Shown: positions 48,332 through 58,700 of the stretch, one piece after another
How positions within the stretch are numbered: the first letter of the stretch is position 1
Layout: every line of letters begins with the position of its first letter
NCBI GenBank assembly: GCA_903938815.1
Contig: CAJAES010000027.1
Location: 1,324 to 65,323, forward strand
Direction of reading: 5' to 3'
DNA length: 64,000 nt
From: an uncultured beta proteobacterium
GTDB lineage: Bacteria > Pseudomonadota > Gammaproteobacteria > Burkholderiales > Burkholderiaceae_C
Notes under the pieces: model-generated
Seen by the model: only the letters and a program-made list of their open reading frames with translations
What the model was told of the DNA's origin: nothing
The model's database searches: none
Program-made: the position numbers and the translations under genes

Positions 48332-49797
48332 CGAGCAAAGCCACCATCAACCTCCTGGCCACCAAGGTGCCAGGCTTGGATGAGGTGCTCGGCGGCGGCC
48401 TGCCCGAGTTTTCGTTCAACCTCATCGCCGGCCAGCCAGGCTGCGGCAAGACCACGCTGTCGCACCAGATCATGTTCGCGCTGGCCACGCCGGAGCGCCC
48501 TGCGATCTACTTCACGGTGCTGGGCGAGCCGCCGCTGAAGATGCTGCGCTATCAGCAGCAGTTCGATTTCTTTGATACCGAAGCCCTGCAAAGGCGCGTG
48601 CGCTTCGTCAGCTTGTCCGAGGACGCCATGACCGGCGACCTGGAGCGCGTGCTCCAGCGCATCGCGGCAGAAGTGGCCGAACACAGCCCCGGCCTGGTGT
48701 TCGTGGACTCCTTCCGTTCAGTGGTCTTTGCCAGCGAAGGCGGCAGCGCGCACGCGCGGCTGCAACTCTTCGTCCAGCAGCTCGGCATGCTCATGACCAG
48801 CTGGCAGGCCACCACCTTTCTCATCGGCGAGTACTTCGACGAGACCGACACCAACCCGGTGTTCACCGTCGCCGATGGTCTGATCTGGCTGCGCCAGAGC
48901 GTTCAGCGCAACTCCATGGTGCGCAAGCTCGAAATCATGAAGATGCGCGGTCAGGCCACATTGCCGGGCCTGCACACCTTCCGCATCGACCGGTCGGGCG
49001 TGCGTGTCTTCGCGCCGGCGACTGCAGTGGCCGTGGCTGCGCACCACGCGACGAACACGGCGGCACCGTCGGTCGACCGTGCGAATCTCGGCGTGCCTGA
49101 ACTCGACGCGATGCTGGGTGGCGGGCTGCCGCGCGGCTACTCGCTGCTGCTGGCCGGGCCTTCGGGCTCTGGCAAGAGCATCCTGGCGGCCAGCTTCCTG
49201 GCAGAAGGAAACCGACGCGGCGAGATCGGTGTGCTGGCTGCGTTCGAGCAGCACCCCGACGTCGCGCGCAACCCCTTGCTCGCCGCTCTGATCGAGAACG
49301 GTGCGGTCAGCGTGATCGACAGCCACGAGGCGGATCTCTCCATCGACGAGATCGTGCTGCTGATCCTGACCGAGGTGGCGCGGCGAAACGCCACCCGCGT
49401 GGTGATCGACTCGCTCAGCGGATTCGAGCTGGCGCTGGCGCCCACCTTCCGCGCAGACTTCCGCGAATCCCTGCTCGGCCTGGTGACCGCCTTGTCGCGC
49501 TCCGGCGTCACGGTGGTGATGACTTCGGAGCTCGAGGACCGCTACACCGATCTTCGCTTCAGCCCCTACGGCGCCGCCTTTCTCACCGACGCGATCATCG
49601 TGCAGCGCTACATCGAGGTCGACAGCCGGCTCCTGCGCGTGATGGCGGTCGTGAAGGTCAGGGCCAGTGCGCATTCCGACGAACTGCGCCTGTACAGCAT
49701 CGACGACAAGGGAGTGCGAATGGGCGAGCGCCTGCAGGGCCAGGAAGGACTCCTCGGCGGCAGCCCGAAGCGCGTGCGGCCCCGAGACCCGATGTGA
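48328..49797 (+). CDS. KaiC-family double RecA-fold ATPase (489 aa)
   Basis: Two domains, each with Walker A (GQPGCGKTT, GPSGSGKS) and Walker B (LVFVDSF, RVVIDSL). The C-terminal segment LTDAIIVQRYIEVDSRLLRVMAVVKVRASAHSDELRLYSIDDKG aligns without gaps with S. elongatus KaiC ITDTIILLQYVEIRGEMSRAINVFKMRGSWHDKAIREFMISDKG. Confidence 0.85.
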   Translation: MTSKATINLLATKVPGLDEVLGGGLPEFSFNLIAGQPGCGKTTLSHQIMFALATPERPAIYFTVLGEPPLKMLRYQQQFDFFDTEALQRRVRFVSLSEDAMTGDLERVLQRIAAEVAEHSPGLVFVDSFRSVVFASEGGSAHARLQLFVQQLGMLMTSWQATTFLIGEYFDETDTNPVFTVADGLIWLRQSVQRNSMVRKLEIMKMRGQATLPGLHTFRIDRSGVRVFAPATAVAVAAHHATNTAAPSVDRANLGVPELDAMLGGGLPRGYSLLLAGPSGSGKSILAASFLAEGNRRGEIGVLAAFEQHPDVARNPLLAALIENGAVSVIDSHEADLSIDEIVLLILTEVARRNATRVVIDSLSGFELALAPTFRADFRESLLGLVTALSRSGVTVVMTSELEDRYTDLRFSPYGAAFLTDAIIVQRYIEVDSRLLRVMAVVKVRASAHSDELRLYSIDDKGVRMGERLQGQEGLLGGSPKRVRPRDPM

Positions 49798-51323
49798 TGT
49801 CCGAGAAGCCCGGATCCGAAGGCAGCAAGGCCCTCGACCCCAGCGCCGAAGCTGCTGCGCTGGGCATCCAGATCGAGGCCATGCGGGCCTCTCTGGTGCG
49901 CCTGCTGCAAGAGGTGGTGACAGCCGAGGCCAGGGTGGTCACGAGCAATTCCGCCGCCCAGATGGCGGAAGTCAACGGCGTGCTGGTCGAGCGGGCTCTG
50001 GCACTTCAGGAAAGCGCTCAGGCCGGTGGCCTGGACGTGCTGACCCGGTTGCCGAATCGCCTGACCCTGCGCGACCGCTTCGGCCAGGCCGTGGCCCAGT
50101 CGCGGCGAAACGGTGATCGTCTGGCGCTGCTGTTCATCGATCTCGATGACTTCAAGCCGCTGAACGATCTTCACGGCCACCCGTTCGGCGACCGCGTGCT
50201 GCAGTTGGTGGCGCAGCGTCTGCTGACCGCTGTACGCGAGGTCGATACCGTCAGCCGCCACGGCGGCGACGAGTTCCTGATCCTGCTGGTGGGCCTGAAC
50301 CAGCCACAGGATGCACAGGCGGTGGCCGACAAGCTGGCCGCCGCAGTTGCCGAGCCGGCCAGCATCGACGGCCACGCGCTTTCGCTCTCGGTGAGCGTGG
50401 GCATTGCCGTTCATCCGGACGACGGCGAGGAACTCGATGCCCTGGTCGCACGGGCTGACGCTGCCATGTACGCGGCCAAGTACCGGCGCGGGCGCCACGG
50501 CGCTGGCGTTCCCGACTCCCTGCGCACGCAGGCTCAGTTGCGCGAGGCCAACGAGCGCCTGATCGTCGCTGCACTCAGCGCCCAGGAACTGCTGGAGGCT
50601 GCCGAGAAGGCGCGCAAGCGGCAGGAGGTGCTCATGGCTGCCGTGGCCGAGGAACTGCGCAACCCGACCGCGCCCGTCAGCATCGCCAGCACGATGGTCG
50701 GCCACCTGCCAGGCGACGAACCGCTTCTGCCGCGCGTGCAGGCGGTGGTGGAAAAGCGCCTGACGCATCTCTCGCGCTTGATCGGCAATCTGGTGGAAAC
50801 CTCGTCGGCATCTGTCGCGCCGCTGGAGCTCGCACACGAGTGGGTGGACATGGCGCCCATCATCGACGGCGCCGCTGCCGCCTACCGCCCGGTGCTCGAC
50901 CAGCGCGGCCAGCGGTTCGAGCTGCGCCGGCCCGCCGGGCCGCTGGGCGTCAGCGGCGACGCAGACCGGCTCGGGCAGATCGTCACGAACCTCCTCGACA
51001 ACGCCAGCCAGCACACGCACGACGGCGGCCGCATCAGCCTGGTGGTTGCCGTGGAAGGCGAGAGCCTCCAGATGACCGTGGCCGACGACGGCTACGGCAT
51101 CGGCCCGCAGACCTTGCCCTACATCTTCGAGCCTTTCGTGCAGGACATCCATGCCCTGGGGGCCGGCGGCCCCGTTCCCGGCATCGGGCTCACGGTGGTG
51201 CGGGCACTGGTGCGCGCCCATGGCGGCAACCTGAGCGCGCACAGCCCCGGCCTGCGCCGCGGCAGCCAGTTTCTCGTGACACTCCCGCTCGTCGGCAAAC
51301 CCGACGCTCGTCAAGATGACTGA
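49797..51323 (+). CDS. Cytoplasmic GGDEF diguanylate cyclase fused to a histidine-kinase-like DHp/HATPase_c core with a degenerate H-box
   Basis: The ATG at 49797 overlaps the KaiC-like TGA. Coiled-coil N-terminus. GGDEF domain (RHGGDEF, I-site REVD). H-box position reads VAEELRNPTAPV. N-box NLLDNASQHT, G1 DDGYGI, G2 GIGLTV. Confidence 0.85.
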   Translation: MSEKPGSEGSKALDPSAEAAALGIQIEAMRASLVRLLQEVVTAEARVVTSNSAAQMAEVNGVLVERALALQESAQAGGLDVLTRLPNRLTLRDRFGQAVAQSRRNGDRLALLFIDLDDFKPLNDLHGHPFGDRVLQLVAQRLLTAVREVDTVSRHGGDEFLILLVGLNQPQDAQAVADKLAAAVAEPASIDGHALSLSVSVGIAVHPDDGEELDALVARADAAMYAAKYRRGRHGAGVPDSLRTQAQLREANERLIVAALSAQELLEAAEKARKRQEVLMAAVAEELRNPTAPVSIASTMVGHLPGDEPLLPRVQAVVEKRLTHLSRLIGNLVETSSASVAPLELAHEWVDMAPIIDGAAAAYRPVLDQRGQRFELRRPAGPLGVSGDADRLGQIVTNLLDNASQHTHDGGRISLVVAVEGESLQMTVADDGYGIGPQTLPYIFEPFVQDIHALGAGGPVPGIGLTVVRALVRAHGGNLSAHSPGLRRGSQFLVTLPLVGKPDARQDD

Positions 51324-52026
51324 CGCGCTGCGCAATGGCCTGCTTGCGGCGTTGCCGGATTCCGACTGGGTACGCTGGGAGCCTCTGCTGGAGCCGATGG
51401 CGCTGCCGCTCGGGCACGTGCTGTACGAGTCCGGCGTGCAACTGGCCTATGCCTGCTTTCCCACCACGGCGATCGTCTCCCTGATGTACGTCACCGAGAA
51501 CGGCGACTCTTCAGGCATCGCTCTGGTGGGCCGCGAAGGCATGGTGGGCGTGCCGCTCATCATGGGCGGCGGCTCCACCCCGGGCCGCGCCGTCGTGCAG
51601 AGCGCGGGGCAGGGCTACAGAATCTCGGCATCTGCGTTGCGCCAGGAATTCGCACGGGGCGGGCCGGTGATGCAGCTGCTGCTGCGCTACACGCAGGCGC
51701 TGATCGCGCAGATGGCGCAGATCGCGGTGTGCAACCGCCACCATTCCGTGGACCAGCAGCTGTGCCGCTGGTTGCTGCTCAACCTGGACCGGTTGCCTGG
51801 CGACGACATCGTGGCCACCCAGGAACTCATCGCGCACATGCTGGGCGTGCGCCGCGAGGGCGTGACCGAAGCAGCGCTGTCGCTGCAGCGCTCCGGCCTC
51901 ATCAGCTATCGGCGCGGCCATGTCCAGGTGCTGGACAGGCAGGGGCTGGAACGTCGCAGCTGCGAGTGCCATGCCGTCATCAAGGACGAATACGACCGGC
52001 TGTTGCCGCAGCCCGTGCCGGTGTGA
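51316..52026 (+). CDS. Crp-like transcriptional regulator (paralogue of 44845..45552)
   Basis: 8-nt overlap with the upstream gene. NGLLAALPDSDW...VSLMYVTENGDSSGIALVGREGMVG...CNRHHSVDQQLCRWLL...LGVRREGVT... Confidence 0.85.
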   Translation: MTDALRNGLLAALPDSDWVRWEPLLEPMALPLGHVLYESGVQLAYACFPTTAIVSLMYVTENGDSSGIALVGREGMVGVPLIMGGGSTPGRAVVQSAGQGYRISASALRQEFARGGPVMQLLLRYTQALIAQMAQIAVCNRHHSVDQQLCRWLLLNLDRLPGDDIVATQELIAHMLGVRREGVTEAALSLQRSGLISYRRGHVQVLDRQGLERRSCECHAVIKDEYDRLLPQPVPV

Positions 52027-52037
52027 GCCGGCACGGG
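52012..52037. terminator. 10-bp perfect hairpin at a convergent gene junction (possible bidirectional terminator, no U-tract)
   Basis: CCCGTGCCGG-tgtgag-CCGGCACGGG spans the stop codon of the Crp-like gene, 9 nt from the csbD-like stop. Confidence 0.4.
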
Positions 52038-52045
52038 CGGGTCGA

Positions 52046-52279
52046 TCACTTCTGCTTGTCGGACTTCTCGAGCCAGGTGTCGCTGGCGCTGCGTTCCCAC
52101 GAGGCCAGCTGCTTCTCGGCCTCTTCCTTGGCGACGCCGTAGCGCTCCTGGATCTTGCCGGCCAGCTGGTCGCGGCGGCCCGCGACCACGTCGAGGTCAT
52201 CGTCCGTCAGCTTGCCCCATTGCTCACGGGCCTTGCCTTGCACCTGTTTCCAGTTGCCTTGGATCTGTTCCCAGTTCAT
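52046..52279 (-). CDS. CsbD family stress protein
   Basis: MNWEQIQGNWKQVQGKAREQWGKLTDDDLDVVAGRRDQLAGKIQERYG is the canonical CsbD motif. Confidence 0.9.
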   Translation of the reverse strand: MNWEQIQGNWKQVQGKAREQWGKLTDDDLDVVAGRRDQLAGKIQERYGVAKEEAEKQLASWERSASDTWLEKSDKQK

Positions 52280-52298
52280 GTGATCTCCTTGCGGTCGC

Positions 52299-52613
52299 TC
52301 AGGGCCGGATTGCGATTTCGTTCTTGACCTGCTTCACGCCCTTGACCTTCCAGGTCAGGGTTTCGGCGGTGGCCTTCTCGGTCGAGCCCTTGGCAAAGCC
52401 GGAGAGCATCACGGTGCCGTTGAGCGTCTCGACGCTGATCGCGGCAGCATCGACCATCTTGTTCTCGACGAAGCTGCCCTTGACGGCCGTGGTGATGGCT
52501 GCGTCATCGACGTACGCGCCCACGGTTTCCTGGCCGCGCATGACGGCGCAGCCCGCGGTGGTGGCGAGGACGAGCGCGGCGAAGACCGGCAGCATTGCTT
52601 TTCTGATGTTCAT
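52299..52613 (-). CDS. BON domain lipoprotein (OsmY-like)
   Basis: ATG 52613 with AGGAG SD. Lipobox TTAGC. BON core DDAAITTAVKGSF...ISVETLNGTVMLSGFA. Confidence 0.85.
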   Translation of the reverse strand: MNIRKAMLPVFAALVLATTAGCAVMRGQETVGAYVDDAAITTAVKGSFVENKMVDAAAISVETLNGTVMLSGFAKGSTEKATAETLTWKVKGVKQVKNEIAIRP

Positions 52614-52760
52614 GGAGTGGCTCCTTGGTGTTGACAGCCTCACTCTAGGCAGCGGGCCGTGCGCTGTCCGTGCGCCGGCGCACCCATCGGGGTGCACACT
52701 GCTCACACGGGTGTCGGCCCGTGTTCAGGCGGTGCGTACCGTCGGAGCCAGCCACGCACC

Positions 52761-55700
52761 TCAGCGGCGCTCGGCAGGCACGCGCACCGTGAAGTGGCTG
52801 TCCGGGCCCAGCACGGTCCAGTCCAGCGCCTCGCCGACGGCCAGCGGGCGGCTGTCGGGTGCGTCCATCGCGTCGCCCGTGCCATCGCCCTGCACGAAGC
52901 AGAAGTGCATTCGGCGGCCATCGCGCCTGAGGGTCAGTTCGGCGCGCGGCCAGTGCGTCGGAAGGCAGGGCTCGAAGTGCAGGCTGCGCACCGACAGCTT
53001 CAGGCCGAAGACCGACTCCACCGCCGCACGGTGCAGCCAGCCCGCCGCGCCCGTGTACCAGCTCCAGCCGCCACGGCCGACATGGGGCGCCTGTGTGCAG
53101 ATGTCGCCTGCCATCACGTAGGGCTCCAGCCCGTAGACCCTGCCATGCACCGGGTGCGCCGTGCGATGGGCCGGGCTCAGGAAGCCGAACCAGCGGTAGA
53201 CGGCGTCCCGATCGCCCGGTTTCGCGTGCGGCCCGGCGGCCAGGCGTGCCCGCGCCATCAGCGCCCAGACGGCGGCGTGGGCGTACTGGCCGCCGTTCTC
53301 GCGCACGCCGGCGGGGTAGGCCTGGATGTAACCCGCGGCAGGTTCGGCTCGGTTCAGCGGTGGGTCCAGGAGGCGCAGCAGGCCCCCCGTGGGGTCCACC
53401 AGCAGCGCTTCCGCGGCCTGCATGGCCGCGCGCTGGCGCGCCGGCGGCGCCACATCCGACAGAACCGACCAGGCCTGGGCGATGAGGTCGATGCGAGCCT
53501 CCGTCGATGCCCGTGAGCCGAGTGCCGTGCCGTCGTCGAAGAAGGCGCGCCGGTACCACTGGCCGTCCCAGCCCTCGGACTCCAGCGCGGCACGCCAGCC
53601 GACGGCCGAGGCCTCCCAGCGGTCGGCCCTGTCCGCGTCGCCGCGCGCGCGGGCCAGGGGTGCGAACGCGGCCACCACGCTGCACAGGAACCACCCCAGC
53701 CACACGGATTCGCCGCGGCCTTCATGGCCCACCCGGTTCATGCCGTCGTTCCAGTCGCCGCTGCCCATCAGCGGCAGGCCGTGCTGGCCGACGCGCAGGC
53801 TGTGATCGATGGCCCGCGCCGCGTGTTCGTAGACAGAGGCGACATCGGTGCCGGGCACAGGCGTCTCGTAGATGTCCTCTGCGCCGGCCGGCACCTCGGC
53901 GCCTTCCAGGAAGGGCACGCGTTCGTCGAGCAGAGAGGCGTCGCCCGTGGCCTCCTGGTGCTGTGCCACGGCGAGTGGAAGCCACAGCAGGTCGTCGCTC
54001 ACGTGGGTGCGCACCCCGGCCCCCTGAGGTGCATGCCACCAGTGCTGCACGTCGCCGGCCGCGAACTGTCGTGACGCGCACAGGACGATCTGCGCGCGCA
54101 GCATGGCCGGCGCCGCCCAGGCCAGCGACATCGTGTCCTGCAACTGGTCCCGGAAGCCCGTGGCGCCCCCGGCCTGGTAGAAGCCGGCCTTGGCCCACAG
54201 GCGGCAGGCCACGGCCTGGTAGAGCAGCCAGCGGTTGACGAGCACGTCGAACAGCGGGTCGGGTGTCTTCACGGTCGTGGCGCCCAGCAGGGCGTCCCAG
54301 CGCGCGCGTGCCGTGGCGGTGCGTTCGGCGGGTGGCAACGCCAGCGCCCGGGCGGCCAGCGCCAGGGCGTCGGCAGCGGTGTCGGCGTGCCCGAGCAGGA
54401 AGACACGGCGGGCGCTCGCCCCGGGCGCCAGCGACACGCGTGTCGCGATGGCGGCGCAGGGGTCCAGACCGCCGCCGAAGCGCCGCCCCAGGTGGTCGGG
54501 CAGCACCAGCCTGCCGCGGGTGTCGAAGAACTCCCTGCGGTCGGTGGTCCAGTCGTCGGCGGCCTCCGACAGCGCCAGGAATGCCGTGGCGCCGCCGAAG
54601 CCCGCGCCTCGCTCGTCCTGGGTTGCCATGAGTACCCGGGCGCGGCCTACCGCAGCCTGCGCCGTGCGAACGGTGGCACGGTCGCCGCGCCGCGTGCCCA
54701 TCATCCATTCGGCCATGCCGGCCAGCCGCAGCGACCGCGTCCGCGTGCCGTGGTTGACCATCTCCACGCTGACATGCTTGACGGCCGCATCGGCATCGAC
54801 GCACCAGGCCACGCGCACCGCCAGATCGCCATGGCGATGTTCGATGCTGCTCTCGCCCTGGCCGTGGCGCACCGTGTAGGTCGCGTCCGCATCGCCCCAG
54901 GCCGAGGGCGCGAGGCTCCAGGCATCACGTGTGCGCTCATCCTGCAGCAGAAACCATTCCGCCGGCGTGTCGGCAACAGGGTCGTTGGACCAGGCCGTGA
55001 TCTGGTGCATGCGGCTGTTGTGGGCCCAGCTCATGCCCGAGCCCGACTCAGACAGCAGCGCGCCGAAGCCCGGCTGCGCCAGCACATTGACCCAGGGGCG
55101 AGCCGGGCGCGTGCGCGCATCGACGGCGAACACGAAGTCGCCCGTCTCCGCATCGAACCGGCCGGCCGGGAGCGCCTGCCTGGCGTCGGGCGCGGGGCGT
55201 GTGCCGACCGGCGTGCCGGGGACATCCTGTCGCCTGTCGAACGCCGCATCGTGCGCCGACGCAAGATCCTGCACGTGCCGGGACAGAGGGCGCCCGTCGG
55301 CCATCAGGTGGACCCGGGCAAGCGCCTGCAGCGTGGCCGAATCCTCGAGGGTCAACTCGTCGGCACGCAGGCGGTACAGGCCGCCACCCGGGTCCGCCAT
55401 GCCAGCGAGAGCCTGCTGCAGCGGTGACTGGTAGGACGGAGGCTCCGCGTTCACGATGATCAGATCGCAGGCGACTCCGCCCCATGACCAGATCTGCAAT
55501 GCCTGCGAAAGCGTGCGCAGCAGGCCGGTGTCCTGGGTGACGCGCACCGTGACGAGCAGGATGGGCCTGTCCCCCGAGATTCCGAAGCGCCAAAGCAGGC
55601 GCCTGTCGCAGGCGCCTCGGGCTGAAAACGCCGGCGGCGCTGTTGAAACTGCAGCCGGGACTGCAACCTGAACGGCAACCGGAACGGCGTCCGCATCCTC

Positions 55701-58700
55701 CGGCGCCGCACCCGGCCGTACGAGCGTCTGCATCAGCAGCGTGCTGAGCGTCTGTACCGCCGCGAAGGTGTCGGGGCCGATGTGAAGGCCGCGCAGCCGG
55801 ATGTCGGCGAGGGTTGCCGACATCAGCGAGGCGCGCAGCACCGGGCCGGGCTGGCGGTACTTGTCGATCACGGCGGTGAGCACGGCGGCGTCGTCGGACG
55901 CCGCGGTCGCCCAGGTCAGGACAGCCTTGCCGCCGGGGGCCAGGCGCAGGGTGGCGGCCAGCGCGGACATCGGGTCCAGGCCCGTGTCCAGCACCACGCC
56001 GGAGGGGCCGTTGTGGACCGGAGGCTCGTCCAGTTCGGCCAGGGGGTGCTGCATGCCGCGATGGCGGCCGCGCCAGCGCGCGCGGTCGGTCTGGACGCGC
56101 ACGTCGGTCAGCGGCACGTCGCAGCCTGCAATGAAGTGCGCCGCCCACAGCGCGGGTTCACCCGCCAGCCGGGGCCGCCGCTCGAAGACCAGCGCGCGCG
56201 GCCCCTCGCGCCAGCGAGCCTGCAGGAACAGATTCGAGAAAGCCGGATGGGCTTCGTCGGCGCGGGCATCGGAAAGCGTGGGCTCGAAGGCCGAGACGAG
56301 CGTCAGCGTCAGCGGGTGGCTTCCGAGGTTGCGCAGCTCGACCTGCCGGAACTCGATGTCGTCCTCCGGGCTCACCCAGACGGTGAGCTGGGCGGCCAGA
56401 TCGGGCCAGCGGGCATCGAACGCCACGCGGTCGGCATGGAAGACGCTGGTGTAGGCCGCATTCGCGTCGGGCGCGGGATGCTGCGTCAGCGACACCAGCG
56501 GCGCCGACGCATGGCGGCGCATGAACACGAAGCTGCCGTGCTCGTCCCGCAGGGCATCGTCGCGCGAGCGGCTCAGGCCGCGACCGCGCCAGCGGCTCTC
56601 GCCGGCGCCGTTCGGGCGCAGCGTGAGGCTGTAGTGCCCGTTCGACAGCACGTGCGTGGGCGACAGCGCATGGGCGCCGGGCGACACCTCGCGGCGCAGC
56701 ACTGGTGTGCGAAGCGGCAGTGCCGATGCAGGTGGTTCGCCCCAGGAAGGTTGGCGCCGCGCGATCTGCCGCGGCGGGCGTTCGTGCAACAGCGGCAGCA
56801 AGGCCTCGATGGGTGCGGCGGTCATGCCCCAGCGGCGCGGCGCGCCGTCGAGCAGCACCTGTGCCAGCGCCACCAGGCTCATGCCCTGGTGGTGCGCCAT
56901 GAAGGTGCCGACGCGCGTCGAGCTCTGCCCAGGCGCCTGGCGCCCGGGCGAGTAGTCGATGGCCTCGATGAAGCCCAGCGTGCCGCGTGCGTCCAGTTTC
57001 TCCAGCTTCGCCAGGTTGGCCAGCACGGCAGCGGGGGCCAGTTCGATGGCCATGACCGTGGCGTAGGGCGCCACCACCAGTTCATCGGCCGGCGTGCGGC
57101 GCAGCGCCATGCCCGGCACCCCCTGCGGGCCGTACTGGTAGGCGAGGGTGTGGTCCCGCCCGGCGTGCGCCGACTCCGAGACACCCCAGGGCACGCCCTG
57201 CGCGGCGCCGAAAGCCTGCTGCTCCGCGACGGCCGCCCGGCAGGCCTGGTCGAGCACGCTGCCGGGGGGTTCGTCGATCACCAGTCCGGGCATCAGGTAC
57301 TCGAACATCGAGCCCGACCACGAGCGCAGGCCCGCTGTCGCGCCCACGGCCACTGATGGGCGTCCCAGCGCCGCCCAGTGGCGCACGGGCACGTCGCCCT
57401 TGGCGATGGCGATCAGGCTGGTCAGCCGGGATTCCGACGCCAGCAGGTCGTAGCAGGCCGTGTCCAGCGTCTGGTCGCCCAGGCGGTAGCCGATGTGCAG
57501 CAGGTGACGCCTGCGGTGGTACAGGAAGCCGAACTCCGGCGCCCAGGCCAGCGTCTCGCAACGCAGCGCCAGCGCGTGCAGGCGCTCCGTGGTGCCGGGG
57601 CTTTCGTCGACGCCCGTCTCGCGGCATGCCGCCGCCACAGCGAGCAGGTGCCCCGACAGGTTGCCGCTGTCGACCGTGGAGACATACATCGGCTGCAGCG
57701 GCTGCAGGGTCTGCGTGTCGTACCAGTTCAGGAAGTGCCCGCGGTGGCGGGCCAGCCTGTCCAGCGTGCCCAGCGTGGCTTCGAGCCGCGTGGCCAGCGC
57801 CTTGGGGCCGATCCAGCCGAACCGGCGGGCACAGGCCGCGGACAGCAGGTACATGCCGATGTTGGTGGGCGAGGTGCGGTGGGCGATGGCCTCGTGCGGC
57901 ATGAACTGCAGGTTGTCGGGGGGCAGGTGGTTGTCGTCGGCGCCTACGCAGCGATCGAACAGCCCCCAGGTGTCGTGCGCCAGGCGCTCCAGCCAGAGCC
58001 GGTCCGTCACGGACAGCGGCCGCTCGGCCGGCAGCGGCCGGCTCGCCCACCAGCTCCACAGCGGCGCGCTCGCCCACAGCAGGCCGAGCGCCACCACGAG
58101 CGCAGGCGCAGGCGTGCCGGTGGCCAGCAGGCCGACCGTCGCCAGCAGCGCGAGCAGCGGCGTGGTGGCCTGCCGGCGCAGCAGCGCCTGCAGCGGACTG
58201 CGTCCGCGCGCGCCCGCGGCGGCGGCCGTGGTCCAGGCCAGCAGGTGGCGCCGGCTCACCACGAGCCGGTACAGCGTGCGGCCGATGGCATCGACGGCGG
58301 CCAGCGCCTGGTGCCCGAGCATCGCGAGGTGCCACAGGCCGGTGCCCAGCGCACGTGACAGATCGATCAGCCCCTGGCGGTAGAAGTAGCGTGCCGCCAC
58401 GTCCAGCCGGTCGGGCAGCAGGCCGGCGAGCGCGCCCATCAGAGGCCCGGCCGCGTGCGCGCCCAGGACCAGCATCAGCATGGCCAGCGGCGAGCCGCCC
58501 AGACCCGCCAGCGCCACCAGCAGGAGCACCAGGGACGCGGGCGCCAGCAGTGAGCGGCGCAGGTTGTCGAGCATCTTCCAGCGGTCCAGACGTCGCAGGC
58601 CACGCCCGACCAGGAAGGGCAGCAGCTGCCAGTCGCCGCGCATCCAGCGGTGCGCGCGCGATGCCGCCACTTCGGCGTCGGCCGGGGCGTCTTCCATCAG

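Noticed and set aside
47897-52026. Interpreting the KaiC-like module as a bona fide circadian oscillator.
   Set aside because: There is no kaiA or kaiB, the canonical S/T phosphosites appear substituted, and the C-terminal tail is missing. A timer function cannot be inferred, only an ATPase-based signalling role.
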